Shown one piece after another: positions 50,137 through 58,454 of a stretch of 64,000 nt of DNA; within the stretch, counting starts at the first letter, position 1; every line of letters begins with the position of its first letter. This DNA is from a virus. Below the pieces are notes generated by a model, which searched no databases, had not been told where the DNA came from, and was given only the letters and a program-made list of their open reading frames with translations. The translations under genes and the position numbers were made by a program. The DNA is taken from the IMG/VR virus record IMGVR_UViG_3300040801_004532, positions 1-64,000 of that record; one strand, given 5' to 3'.

Positions 50137-50634
50137 AACAGACATTTTTTCGCTTTTTATTTTTTTCTGTTTTTTTAACTTTTTCTTTTTTGGTTTCTCA
50201 ATTCCCAATGTATCGAAAACCATATCACGTTCATCTGACTTTTCAATTATATCACATAGTAAATATAAATCATCATTTTTCAAATAGGGAATTTTTTCCC
50301 TTAATTTTTCATATAAAATAACCCTTGGCTTTCTTGGATAAAATGTTATATCTCGCCTAGTTATCCGGAAATCACGAACACATCTTTTTATAAAATACAA
50401 TAACTCTTCTCTGCTTAAATATCTTAAATTAATATCATTAAAATATCTATCTAAATATTTATTCAACGGACCATTCTTTAAAAACATTGAAATAACAAAT
50501 GTGTGTGTAATCGGAGAATTATATTTTAAAATATCAGGAGTTATAACCTTACCATTCTCATCTGTTTTTTGTTTTGGTATCTTAGTTTCTCTTCTCCCGT
50601 CAAACAACCAGTTATTAAAAGTTTTGAATGGCAT
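50092..50634 (-). CDS. hypothetical basic protein
   Basis: 180-aa ORF; its 3' end lies in the inverted repeat. Confidence 0.3.
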   Translation of the reverse strand: MPFKTFNNWLFDGRRETKIPKQKTDENGKVITPDILKYNSPITHTFVISMFLKNGPLNKYLDRYFNDINLRYLSREELLYFIKRCVRDFRITRRDITFYPRKPRVILYEKLREKIPYLKNDDLYLLCDIIEKSDERDMVFDTLGIEKPKKKKLKKQKKIKSEKMSVKKLMEEHFSTIELQ

Positions 50635-50636
50635 TA

Positions 50637-50909
50637 TTAATAATCCTTTAAAAATCTCAATAAAATTCCATCACGCAAACCTTTATTACCACAATTATGA
50701 TTAACTAAAAAAGTATCGTCTGATAAATCAACTTTGATCTTTATATTGTATATATCTAATTTGTTAGGTTCACTATTATCTTCTCCGGCTCCAATCTGAC
50801 TTCTTAAAAAATTTTCAACAATATTTGGGACTGCCTCTTTTTTCATATTTGTTGAAATATCAAAACTATCTTTGTTAATATCATATTTCAACTCAACAAA
50901 CAAATTCAT
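50637..50909 (-). CDS. hypothetical protein
   Basis: 90 aa. Confidence 0.3.
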   Translation of the reverse strand: MNLFVELKYDINKDSFDISTNMKKEAVPNIVENFLRSQIGAGEDNSEPNKLDIYNIKIKVDLSDDTFLVNHNCGNKGLRDGILLRFLKDY

Positions 50910-51904
50910 TAAATTGCCCCTTTCATTTCATTACAAATCACATCATAGAATTTATTCATTTGTTCCTCACATAACAGTTTTGGAACATCAACCTTTGGCA
51001 CCCAATCAACATTTGCATTTAGAATATAATCTATTTTTCTCATTAGTTCTCCGGAGGAGTTATACAAGTATTCATCAGGCAGTAGTTCTGGATATGCTAA
51101 ATCTCTCCTAGCCAAAGGGATACAATTATTCATTACAGCATCAACAATTTGATAACCAAATGTATCCTCATGAGCTGTAATCAATAATATTTTTGACGAT
51201 CTCAAATTATAAAAATAATCATACCATGTATATGAAATAGGTCTTTTAATTTCACAGAAAGTATCCTCAACCAATTTCTCAAGAGATTCATCAATCTTCT
51301 GTGGGTTTGATCTTGAGGCTGACATAATTTCAATTGTTTTTTCTATTTCAGGAAAATCAAATTCTAGTGGGGGAAATGGTAAATAAGATACCATTATATT
51401 CCTCCAGTGTGCATCATTTCCAAAGACACTATGGCCACCAACTCTTAGTTTATTTTTATGATAACAACTTCCAACAAAAATCTTATCAAACATTCTACAT
51501 ATGCTTGATTCAATTGGAAATTTATCAGACCTAACTTTTCCATAATAATCTAAAACATTCAATGATGTTGCATGACAAAAAGCATACATTTTCTTTGGGC
51601 GTTTGTGAAATAAAACATGACCAAAAATTCCTGGAAAGCTAATATCCGCCCAAAATAAAATATCATCATCCTTCAAATCTAAATTCATATACTCGTTGAT
51701 TTGAGCTGTTTCAAGTTCAATGGCTTGATTTATTGGAGAGAACATATCTAATCCGCTTCGTCTATGAACCATCTCCTTAATTTTATCTCTCCCAAGAGTT
51801 AGTACCTCAAACCCTCGTTTTTCAAATTCTTCTGGCAGTTTCCAGAACCACCATTCAGAATATCTTAAAGCTGATGGAAATTGTGGTACAAAGATTATTC
51901 TCAC
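50909..51904 (-). CDS. Glycosyltransferase (GT-B, group-1-like)
   Basis: C-terminal ITAHEDTFGYQIVDAVMNNCIPLA matches the E.FG..EA...G.P motif. Confidence 0.45.
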   Translation of the reverse strand: MRIIFVPQFPSALRYSEWWFWKLPEEFEKRGFEVLTLGRDKIKEMVHRRSGLDMFSPINQAIELETAQINEYMNLDLKDDDILFWADISFPGIFGHVLFHKRPKKMYAFCHATSLNVLDYYGKVRSDKFPIESSICRMFDKIFVGSCYHKNKLRVGGHSVFGNDAHWRNIMVSYLPFPPLEFDFPEIEKTIEIMSASRSNPQKIDESLEKLVEDTFCEIKRPISYTWYDYFYNLRSSKILLITAHEDTFGYQIVDAVMNNCIPLARRDLAYPELLPDEYLYNSSGELMRKIDYILNANVDWVPKVDVPKLLCEEQMNKFYDVICNEMKGAI

Positions 51905-52107
51905 TTTCCCTTCCTTTCATTGATTAAATCTGGAATAGGTAAAGGCTTTCTATATTCACAATATAAACAAAGGTCTTGCATATTTACCACTTTTTCAGCA
52001 TTACACTTACCTTTAAAAGTACACCAATCATCCCTTGTTATCTGAAGTGAAACCCAACCTCCTAACCTTTTTACAGACCCCCCTGTACAAGTTGGACCAT
52101 TCGACAT
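51901..52107 (-). CDS. hypothetical Cys-rich small protein
   Basis: 68 aa. Confidence 0.25.
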   Translation of the reverse strand: MSNGPTCTGGSVKRLGGWVSLQITRDDWCTFKGKCNAEKVVNMQDLCLYCEYRKPLPIPDLINERKGK

Positions 52108-52339
52108 TTGAAAAACCTCCTACCCATTTAGAATAATTATATAGATTAAATAAAATTAAAACTGCCATTTGAATTAAGAGGAACCAATGAGTTTTTTGAT
52201 AAAAAATATATGCTTGGCACAAAAGACTAATATTAAACACCATGAAACCAGCAGGGCGCTTCTCTCCAATGAGATAAAGTCCAATTAATGTTGTGATAAG
52301 GGAAACTATTTCTAACCACCTTAGAAGATCCATTTGCAA
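52028..52339 (-). CDS. hypothetical membrane protein
   Basis: 103 aa with TM helices; overlaps the neighbouring ORF. Confidence 0.2.
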   Translation of the reverse strand: MQMDLLRWLEIVSLITTLIGLYLIGEKRPAGFMVFNISLLCQAYIFYQKTHWFLLIQMAVLILFNLYNYSKWVGGFSNVEWSNLYRGVCKKVRRLGFTSDNKG

Positions 52340-52791
52340 TATCCTTCATAAAGTATATATTTCTTTTCATATTTCCAAAGGGATTTTTGACTGGGGTAAA
52401 TTTTATTGAGATAGTCTTCTTTTACTGTTGGGAAAGCTACCTTATGAACATAATGAGCAATCATATTAACCGAGTAAAAAATCACATCTTCTTTTGAGCG
52501 TCTGGCCAATGATTCTCCAATCGCTCCAAACTCTCTATGATCCGGTTGATATTCATAAACAGGATCTGGAAAATAAAAGGTATTGTTTTGACCTAGAAAT
52601 CGGTCTGGAATTTTGTCTTCAAAAATAGTGGTTACTTGAAAATTTTTGGCTAGATTTTCTGTTTCTCTTCTTCTTTCATCTGAAGTACTCTTTGGATAAA
52701 TAACAACAGTTGATCTACTTGAAGTTAAAACCTCAAAACAGCCAATTAATTCATCATCTGGATGTGGTGCAACAATGACAATTTCGCTCAT
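52321..52791 (-). CDS. LmbE/PIG-L-family deacetylase-like protein
   Basis: IVIVAPHPDDELIGC N-terminal signature. Confidence 0.45.
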   Translation of the reverse strand: MSEIVIVAPHPDDELIGCFEVLTSSRSTVVIYPKSTSDERRRETENLAKNFQVTTIFEDKIPDRFLGQNNTFYFPDPVYEYQPDHREFGAIGESLARRSKEDVIFYSVNMIAHYVHKVAFPTVKEDYLNKIYPSQKSLWKYEKKYILYEGYCKWIF

Positions 52792-52889
52792 ATAAATCTC
52801 CTTTCAATTATTTGTTACTCATTATTAAAAAAAGATCTCTCTCTATACATTCTCATATTTTTATGTTCTAACTATATATATTAATAACT

Positions 52890-53280
52890 GATACAGGACA
52901 TTTGGTTTGGATAGAAGGGGTTTTCCGGTTTGTAAGGATAGCGCAATCGGATCTTCGGTCTCCTGGTATGGCGGTGCAAAAACGGCGCCGGCACCGGCCC
53001 TACTTCGGATTCTCGAGAAGCGCAATAAGAAATCTCATGAAGCATAGAATATTGTGCTTCGGAGTAAGGACCACAGTTCCTTGGTATTCCGGAAACCAAA
53101 ACTGTAGATGGTATGCTGTGACCTACTCTTCGCCCTCCTGCCGTGTACACAGGCTACATCCCCGGCCTTGCGGATGACTGCCCACGGCCATTCTGGCGGA
53201 CCGTTTTTCACACCGCCGGCGGCGAGATCAAAGGAACAGAATCCATCCCCCTTCTTTCCATTAACTATTCAAACGGAGGT
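52890..53280 (+). other. GC-rich (about 52% GC) non-coding island; candidate structured RNA
   Basis: No plausible ORF. Three cUUCGg motifs. Local stems ggcgg/ccgcc and cctg/cagg. Long-range tttccgg/ccggaaa pairing. Preceded by both recurrent promoter-like motifs. Confidence 0.25.
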
Positions 53281-53285
53281 ATAAA

Positions 53286-53459
53286 ATGACCTTAAAAATA
53301 TGTTCCATTTGCAATGAACCGTTTGAAAGTAAAAGTAAGAAACCTTATAAGATATGTAAAAACTGTTGTATAACAAAGGTTGAAAATGGAAACGTAAAGA
53401 ATGCATTAGAAAAACACAAAAAGGTCATTGAGAATTTAAGTTTAAAAACAACTAACTAG
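53286..53459 (+). CDS. small Cys-rich protein
   Basis: 58 aa, CSICNEPF…CKNCC. ggagg RBS. Confidence 0.3.
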   Translation: MTLKICSICNEPFESKSKKPYKICKNCCITKVENGNVKNALEKHKKVIENLSLKTTN

Positions 53460-53470
53460 AGGGGGATCAA

Positions 53471-53776
53471 GTGAGTTTGATAAATCCATTTTCTGAAATG
53501 AGCAGAGAGGAAATTATCACCGGCCAAATATTCTTTCGGGAGAAAGCACTAGCAAAAAAATTAGATTTGACAAACAGAAAGATCTTCCTTATCACAGGGA
53601 TTATTGCGATTCCTCCTTTCTTTCCATTCAAGAGCGAGCATATGTATGATTGTGGAGGGATGAATACTTCATCTGAAACCTTATTATCAATTAATCATTT
53701 AGGCAAAGATATACGAGATCTTTCTTTGGGAAGTACCCCTGATCAGTTAATTACAAAACCAATATGGAGAATTTGA
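53471..53776 (+). CDS. hypothetical protein
   Basis: 101 aa. Confidence 0.3.
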   Translation: MSLINPFSEMSREEIITGQIFFREKALAKKLDLTNRKIFLITGIIAIPPFFPFKSEHMYDCGGMNTSSETLLSINHLGKDIRDLSLGSTPDQLITKPIWRI

Positions 53777-53841
53777 GTTTAAAACTCATTAGTTTCATTT
53801 TTATTTTTTAGAACAAAATAGAGAATCATACTTCAAATTAT

Positions 53842-53918
53842 CGGGGCGTGGCGCAGCCTGGTAGCGCGCCTGCTTTGGGAGCAGGAAGCCGGAGGTTCAA
53901 ATCCTCTCGCCCCGACCA
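53842..53918 (+). tRNA. tRNA-Pro (anticodon TGG)
   Basis: Cloverleaf folded by hand: acceptor cggggcg/cgccccg, anticodon loop tttggga, T-loop ttcaaat, CCA encoded. Confidence 0.8.
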
Positions 53919-53957
53919 CCCAATTTTAATTTTAAAAAACATAAAGGTCGAATAGTT

Positions 53958-54203
53958 ATGGTGAGGGTCATCCATAGGAATTGCAACAAACCAGCTTTTT
54001 ATTTTAAAAGCCGATTGGATATTGGGGATATTATATATGCCTCAAATATAATTTTCCTGGATGGATCAACTCCAGAACCGGACACCCCTATGATTTGTGG
54101 TTCATGCAACCAAATGATTTTATCAGGCGAATTAGAACAAGAAGGTTGGACCGACTGGTTTATGGTCGAAGAATTTCACACATTTGAAAACAAGAAAGGA
54201 TGA
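53958..54203 (+). CDS. hypothetical protein
   Basis: 81 aa. Confidence 0.3.
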   Translation: MVRVIHRNCNKPAFYFKSRLDIGDIIYASNIIFLDGSTPEPDTPMICGSCNQMILSGELEQEGWTDWFMVEEFHTFENKKG

Positions 54204-54207
54204 GAAA

Positions 54208-54474
54208 ATGTCGTTGTTTGCAAAGAAGAAAATGACCCATGCTGAAATCGTTGCTCCATTAAAAACCATGGCTGAAACTCTATCAAGCTATATAAAAGAT
54301 CAAGCAGAAACCATTGGGGAATTGAATGTAAAAAAGAGAGAGATCGACAATCAGATTGAATTTTCAAATGAAGAAATTGAAAAATCAAACCATACAGTTG
54401 AGCAGATTAAGAAAATGGTTAACCTTCCCAAAATCAAGAAAATGCCGGCTGATTCGGTTCCTTCGGATGAATAA
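54208..54474 (+). CDS. hypothetical coiled-coil protein
   Basis: aaggatgag RBS. The ORF track starts at 54184. Confidence 0.35.
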   Translation: MSLFAKKKMTHAEIVAPLKTMAETLSSYIKDQAETIGELNVKKREIDNQIEFSNEEIEKSNHTVEQIKKMVNLPKIKKMPADSVPSDE

Positions 54475-54557
54475 CAATATGCCTGCGTGGCGATTAAATT
54501 CTTATATTCGAACCCTAAATTATTTTAGAACAAAAAAATAAAAGGGGTTCGACTATA

Positions 54558-55328
54558 ATGATTTGTGAATATTGTAAAAATAAACACGATGGATCATATG
54601 GATCGGGGAGATTTTGTTCTTCAAAATGTGCCAGGGGGTTTTCTACATCAAAGAAAAGAAAAGACATTAACAAAAAAGTGTCGGAAACTCTTAAAGGATA
54701 TAAAACAATTCCTGGCGGAAAAGTTAAATTATGCGATTATGGTTGTTGTAAAGAAGCAAAATTTCAATTGAAAAACAAAAAATGGTGTTGCTCAGAAAGC
54801 CATAATAAATGCTCAGCTGTTAGAAAGAAAAATTCTAAAGGTTTGACAAAATCGCATAAAAATGGGCGTCCTGCTTTTCCAGAAGGAGCTTATTTAAAGG
54901 GGCATGAGTCATTCAAAAAAAATCTTAAAGAAAAATATAAAAAGTTAAATTTTATTGATAAACCTATAGCAGAAAAACGAAAAATTATATTAAAGGATCA
55001 AAACAATAAATGTGCCATTTGTAATATTGAACAAGAATGGAATGATAAACCTTTAATTTTCCATCTTGATCATATAGATGGCAACAGAAAAAATTGGAGT
55101 AGAGATAATCTAAGATTTATCTGTCCCAACTGTCATAGCCAAACAGAAACATATTGTAGGGGAGGTAATAAGAACATATCAAATAAGCAGCTTAAAAAAT
55201 TACTAATAGAAACAAACTTTAATTTTACAAAAACTTTAGAATTAGCAAACTTATTTCCTGGTGGTTATAACTGGAACCGTGTTAAAAAAATAGCAAGTAA
55301 AATGTGCCAGGGTGATGGAATTTGGTAG
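54558..55328 (+). CDS. HNH homing endonuclease
   Basis: CAICN…HLDHIDGNRKNWSRDNLRFICPNCH. N-terminal zinc finger. The 3' end overlaps tRNA-Leu. Confidence 0.55.
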   Translation: MICEYCKNKHDGSYGSGRFCSSKCARGFSTSKKRKDINKKVSETLKGYKTIPGGKVKLCDYGCCKEAKFQLKNKKWCCSESHNKCSAVRKKNSKGLTKSHKNGRPAFPEGAYLKGHESFKKNLKEKYKKLNFIDKPIAEKRKIILKDQNNKCAICNIEQEWNDKPLIFHLDHIDGNRKNWSRDNLRFICPNCHSQTETYCRGGNKNISNKQLKKLLIETNFNFTKTLELANLFPGGYNWNRVKKIASKMCQGDGIW

Positions 55329-55392
55329 ACATGTATGTTTTAGAAGCATATGCCGTAATGGCGTGGGAGTTCAAGTCTCCCTCCTGGCACCA
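55306..55392 (+). tRNA. tRNA-Leu (anticodon TAG), type II
   Basis: Acceptor gccaggg/tcctggc, anticodon loop tttagaa, long variable arm, T-loop ttcaagt, CCA encoded. Confidence 0.75.
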
Positions 55393-55398
55393 AATCAA

Positions 55399-55872
55399 AT
55401 GAAAGTGAAAACAAAAATGAGCGATCATTTCCTTGAAGCGAGAATTCCATGTTATAAATGCCTTGTTATTTCAGCATGTAAAGAATTTAGTTGTCTTGAT
55501 GAATACCAAAAGGAAGCATTGAAAAATAATTATAGACAAATATGCCTAATGATTCCACAACCTGATTCACAAAATAAAAACTATAAGAAAAGTCTTTTAG
55601 AATGTTGGGCGAATTTAGGACATAGAATTTCTTCAAGTGTACAAAATAGTGAATCAGGCGATGTCAAGGAAGGAGATAGTGTTAAAATAAATCCTTCTTT
55701 ATCTTTTCTTATAAATGATCTATCTGCATTAACACAATGGATTATAAACTCCTCTAGTTGGAGAGAATCAGAATTCTACGAATTTGATCGTTTTGAAATA
55801 TCAAGGCGATTGGAAATTCTATTAAGAATTGTAAATTCAAGCCCGAGTAGCTCAGCTGGCCAGAGCGACTGA
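55399..55872 (+). CDS. hypothetical protein (start uncertain)
   Basis: The ORF track starts at 55312 inside the tRNA. The first Met after the tRNA is at 55399. The 3' end overlaps tRNA-Thr. Confidence 0.3.
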   Translation: MKVKTKMSDHFLEARIPCYKCLVISACKEFSCLDEYQKEALKNNYRQICLMIPQPDSQNKNYKKSLLECWANLGHRISSSVQNSESGDVKEGDSVKINPSLSFLINDLSALTQWIINSSSWRESEFYEFDRFEISRRLEILLRIVNSSPSSSAGQSD

Positions 55873-55917
55873 TTTGTAATCAGTAAGTCGGGGGTTCGAC
55901 TCCCTCCTCGGGCTCCA
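55841..55917 (+). tRNA. tRNA-Thr (anticodon TGT)
   Basis: Acceptor gcccgag/ctcgggc, D-stem gctc/gagc, anticodon loop tttgtaa, CCA encoded. Confidence 0.8.
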
Positions 55918-55938
55918 AAAAAAAGAAAGGATTGAATT

Positions 55939-56106
55939 ATGAATCCAGATGGGTATCATTTGGCATCAACTATATTCCTTCTGGTAAATGGGATTTGGTG
56001 GGGTAAAAATACTCCAATAAATCTTTTAATAAAAACTATATTCTGGAGTCTTGGTATATGGGGGGTAATTATTTGCCTTATTGATTTTGGATTGCTAACT
56101 CCTTAA
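55939..56106 (+). CDS. small membrane protein
   Basis: 55 aa with two hydrophobic helices. Confidence 0.25.
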   Translation: MNPDGYHLASTIFLLVNGIWWGKNTPINLLIKTIFWSLGIWGVIICLIDFGLLTP

Positions 56107-56116
56107 TTTAGATAAA

Positions 56117-56193
56117 GCCCCCGTAGCTCAGCGGAATAGAGCATCTGACTTCTAATCAGAGGGTCGCAGGTTCGAATCCTGCCGGGGGTACCA
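56117..56193 (+). tRNA. tRNA-Arg (anticodon TCT)
   Basis: Acceptor gcccccg/cgggggt, anticodon stem tctga/tcaga with loop cttctaa, T-loop ttcgaat. Confidence 0.8.
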
Positions 56194-56206
56194 CCAAAAC
56201 AAGGAA

Positions 56207-56509
56207 TTGCTAATGCTTGGAATGAGAGAAGAAATTTCAGAAATGATAGAAAATATCACATGTATAATCATAGGGCCACTTATTGTATTTATAGTTTTAG
56301 CAATAACCTCTATTGCTTTTATATTTTATAAAAATCCTTGTAACAAATGTATATTAAAAGTAAGGTGCTCAGAAGTATGTCATCAATCTAAAAAGTGGGA
56401 TTCAGCTCATGACATTTTTAACGACGCTAAAGAAATGCCAATATTGGCGGCAGCGGGTGCCTGTTATATTTTAGCAGTTGGAATAGCATTATATAATCTA
56501 CTCGTATAA
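56207..56509 (+). CDS. small membrane protein with a Cys motif (paralogue of 56761..57063)
   Basis: TM helix followed by PCNKCILKVRCSEVC. Confidence 0.35.
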   Translation: MLMLGMREEISEMIENITCIIIGPLIVFIVLAITSIAFIFYKNPCNKCILKVRCSEVCHQSKKWDSAHDIFNDAKEMPILAAAGACYILAVGIALYNLLV

Positions 56510-56540
56510 TTTGGTTAACCTGAAACAAGGCAGGAATTAA

Positions 56541-56798
56541 ATGGGAATTGAAAATCTTGAAGAGTTCAGAATAATTAAAGAAATTATCAGAAGGGACGGG
56601 GTCGGGATTCCTGATAGAAATGGATGGAAACCAAAAAGAGGTATGATAGTTGAGTTAAAAGACGGAAGACATGAAGTCTTTCGAACTACAGTTAAATCGT
56701 CTCTTGAGGAAACTATTATTCCACTCCTACCGCAAATCGAAAGAATAACATTCATTCTAGATGATGAAGAATATGAATTGGCTATATGTGATTGGTGA
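56541..56798 (+). CDS. hypothetical protein
   Basis: 85 aa. Confidence 0.35.
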   Translation: MGIENLEEFRIIKEIIRRDGVGIPDRNGWKPKRGMIVELKDGRHEVFRTTVKSSLEETIIPLLPQIERITFILDDEEYELAICDW

Positions 56799-57063
56799 AA
56801 ACGCTGCTTATGTTTATACACAAATTATATGGTTGCTTGTACGACTATGGGTATATATAACAGTAAAAGATCCATGTAAAAATTGTTTAATTAAATCATG
56901 CTGTACAGAAAAATGTGAAGAAAAAATTCAAATATTAAATTTCATATATCCTGAAGAAAAAGAAGGCGATGCAAAATTTATCGGGGTGCTTTGTCTATTT
57001 GCATTGGTCGTTCCTTCTTTTCTTTTGATATACTTTACAATTATGATAATTGCAGACCTGTAG
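56761..57063 (+). CDS. small membrane protein with a Cys motif (paralogue)
   Basis: DPCKNCLIKSCCTEKC followed by a C-terminal TM helix. Confidence 0.35.
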   Translation: MMKNMNWLYVIGENAAYVYTQIIWLLVRLWVYITVKDPCKNCLIKSCCTEKCEEKIQILNFIYPEEKEGDAKFIGVLCLFALVVPSFLLIYFTIMIIADL

Positions 57064-57127
57064 CCAAGCGGTAAGGCACGAGGTTTTGGTCCTCGCATCC
57101 CAGGTTCGAATCCTGGCAGGTCTGCCA
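57054..57127 (+). tRNA. tRNA-Gln (anticodon TTG)
   Basis: Acceptor agacctg/caggtct, anticodon stem cgagg/cctcg with loop ttttggt, T-loop ttcgaat, CCA encoded. Confidence 0.7.
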
Positions 57128-57241
57128 ACTCGAAAGGAAAATAAATGAAAGAAATTCAATTTCATCAAGTCAAAATTGATTTCTATTGTGATCGTTGTGA
57201 AGCAAGGGAAAAGGGTGTAAGCGTTCAGGAATGTATTTTCA

Positions 57242-57685
57242 ATGGTCCGCCCATGTGTCAAAAATGTGACGAAGAAATGTCACCGGTCAAAATCTTTCTC
57301 GACAAGTGAAAGGAACGTCATGACCGAAGAGCAAAGGTTTGAGCAGTTAATCGAAGATGAACGTATCAAAAATGTTACAACACTATTAAAAAAGATTGAC
57401 GAAAACGAAGTTCATTTTCAGGATCCAAATATTCAAGCGATTTTAGAAGAACTTTCTTCTTCCGAGAAGAAATTTTACAAATGGGTTTCATTGGCTGATT
57501 CCCTTCCGCGCGGATCCAAACTATTCAAATTATTAGTAAAGGTTCATAAACTCGGTATGATGGGGCATGAGAACTATCAAAAAATCTATGGTGACACGGT
57601 AGATAAGGACACGGAAGTCAGAGATAAATTATACGAAGATACTCCATTTGATAAGTTGGATGTCGATCAGGCATTTTTTGATTAA
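57242..57685 (+). CDS. hypothetical protein
   Basis: 147-aa ORF; the true start may be M at 57320. Confidence 0.35.
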   Translation: MVRPCVKNVTKKCHRSKSFSTSERNVMTEEQRFEQLIEDERIKNVTTLLKKIDENEVHFQDPNIQAILEELSSSEKKFYKWVSLADSLPRGSKLFKLLVKVHKLGMMGHENYQKIYGDTVDKDTEVRDKLYEDTPFDKLDVDQAFFD

Positions 57686-57691
57686 AACAAT

Positions 57692-57781
57692 GCCTGGGTG
57701 GTGGAACCTCGGTAGACACAAGGGACTTAAAATCCCTCGGGAATTATTCCTGTGCGGGTTCGATTCCCGCCCCAGGCACCA
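57692..57781 (+). tRNA. tRNA-Leu (anticodon TAA), type II
   Basis: Acceptor gcctggg/cccaggc, anticodon stem aggga/tccct with loop cttaaaa, long variable arm, T-loop ttcgatt. Confidence 0.75.
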
Positions 57782-58069
57782 ACATTAAGAAAGGAACAGA
57801 ATTTGTATAAGCTGACCTACTGTTTAAATAACCTTGGTGAATATGAAACATTTGCAGAGGCATTCTCTGTACTATATAAAAAATTAAGAGAAGATTCTAA
57901 AGATGGATTTTCATTACAGCTTCTCGAGACAGCAATATGGATCGACCATGATGGATATGGAAGTCCAATCTTCTTTTATGATATAGTAGATAGAGCTAAT
58001 AAACAAAACTTGCTTAAAGATGGCCAACTTGATGAAAAAGTCGTAAAAGAAGCAATAAATAAAGGGTGA
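57752..58069 (+). CDS. hypothetical protein (5' end overlaps the tRNA; true start probably later)
   Basis: 105-aa ORF ending 1 nt before tRNA-Leu(CAA). Confidence 0.3.
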   Translation: MRVRFPPQAPTLRKEQNLYKLTYCLNNLGEYETFAEAFSVLYKKLREDSKDGFSLQLLETAIWIDHDGYGSPIFFYDIVDRANKQNLLKDGQLDEKVVKEAINKG

Positions 58070-58155
58070 GGCCCGATGGTGGAACTGGTAGACACGCTGG
58101 ATTCAAAATCCAGTGCCATAATGGCGTGTGGGTTCAACTCCCTCTCGGGCTACCA
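58070..58155 (+). tRNA. tRNA-Leu (anticodon CAA), type II
   Basis: Acceptor ggcccga/tcgggct, anticodon stem ctgga/tccag with loop ttcaaaa, long variable arm, T-loop ttcaact. Confidence 0.7.
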
Positions 58156-58175
58156 ACTATTTTAGGAGGGAAGTA

Positions 58176-58346
58176 ATGGGTCTTCGAATTAAAAGTGGTC
58201 CTAAATGGGAAGACGATTCTTTAAATGAAATCAGTTTAAGTGCACTTGAAAGAGAGGCCAGAAAGTTTTATGAAAAAACAAGGCCTTGGGAAAAGAATTA
58301 TTGGAAAATAAATCAACGGAAAAAAAGAGATTGGGAAGAAGAATAA
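58176..58346 (+). CDS. hypothetical small protein
   Basis: aggaggg RBS 6 nt upstream. Confidence 0.35.
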   Translation: MGLRIKSGPKWEDDSLNEISLSALEREARKFYEKTRPWEKNYWKINQRKKRDWEEE

Positions 58347-58353
58347 ATTAAAT

Positions 58354-58431
58354 GGACCCATAGCTCAGTTGGCTTAGAGCCGCCGGCTCATAACCGGAAG
58401 GTCGAAGGTTCGAATCCTTCTGGGTCCACCA
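58354..58431 (+). tRNA. tRNA-Met (anticodon CAT; elongator type, possibly Ile-lysidine)
   Basis: Acceptor ggaccca/tgggtcc, anticodon loop ctcataa, T-loop ttcgaat. No C1·A72 mismatch and no GGG/CCC stem, so it does not look like an initiator. Confidence 0.7.
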
Positions 58432-58454
58432 TACTAAATACGAAAGGAATTACT

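Noticed and set aside
50909-52791. Glycosyltransferase plus LmbE as a host cell-wall (lysogenic conversion) module
   Set aside because: Not rejected outright, but deprioritised. No flippase or acetyltransferase partners nearby, and the genes sit among DNA-metabolism genes, so a DNA-modification role is favoured.
52881-53177. ORFs 52881..53150 (-) and 52902..53177 (+) in the GC-rich island
   Set aside because: Arg/Pro/Gly-rich nonsense-like translations, no RBS, and mutually overlapping. The region is better explained as non-coding.
52890-53280. tmRNA hypothesis for the GC-rich island
   Set aside because: No tRNA-like T-arm/ACCA end and no convincing tag reading frame ending in hydrophobic Ala-Ala. 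The one candidate frame ends …SHEA.
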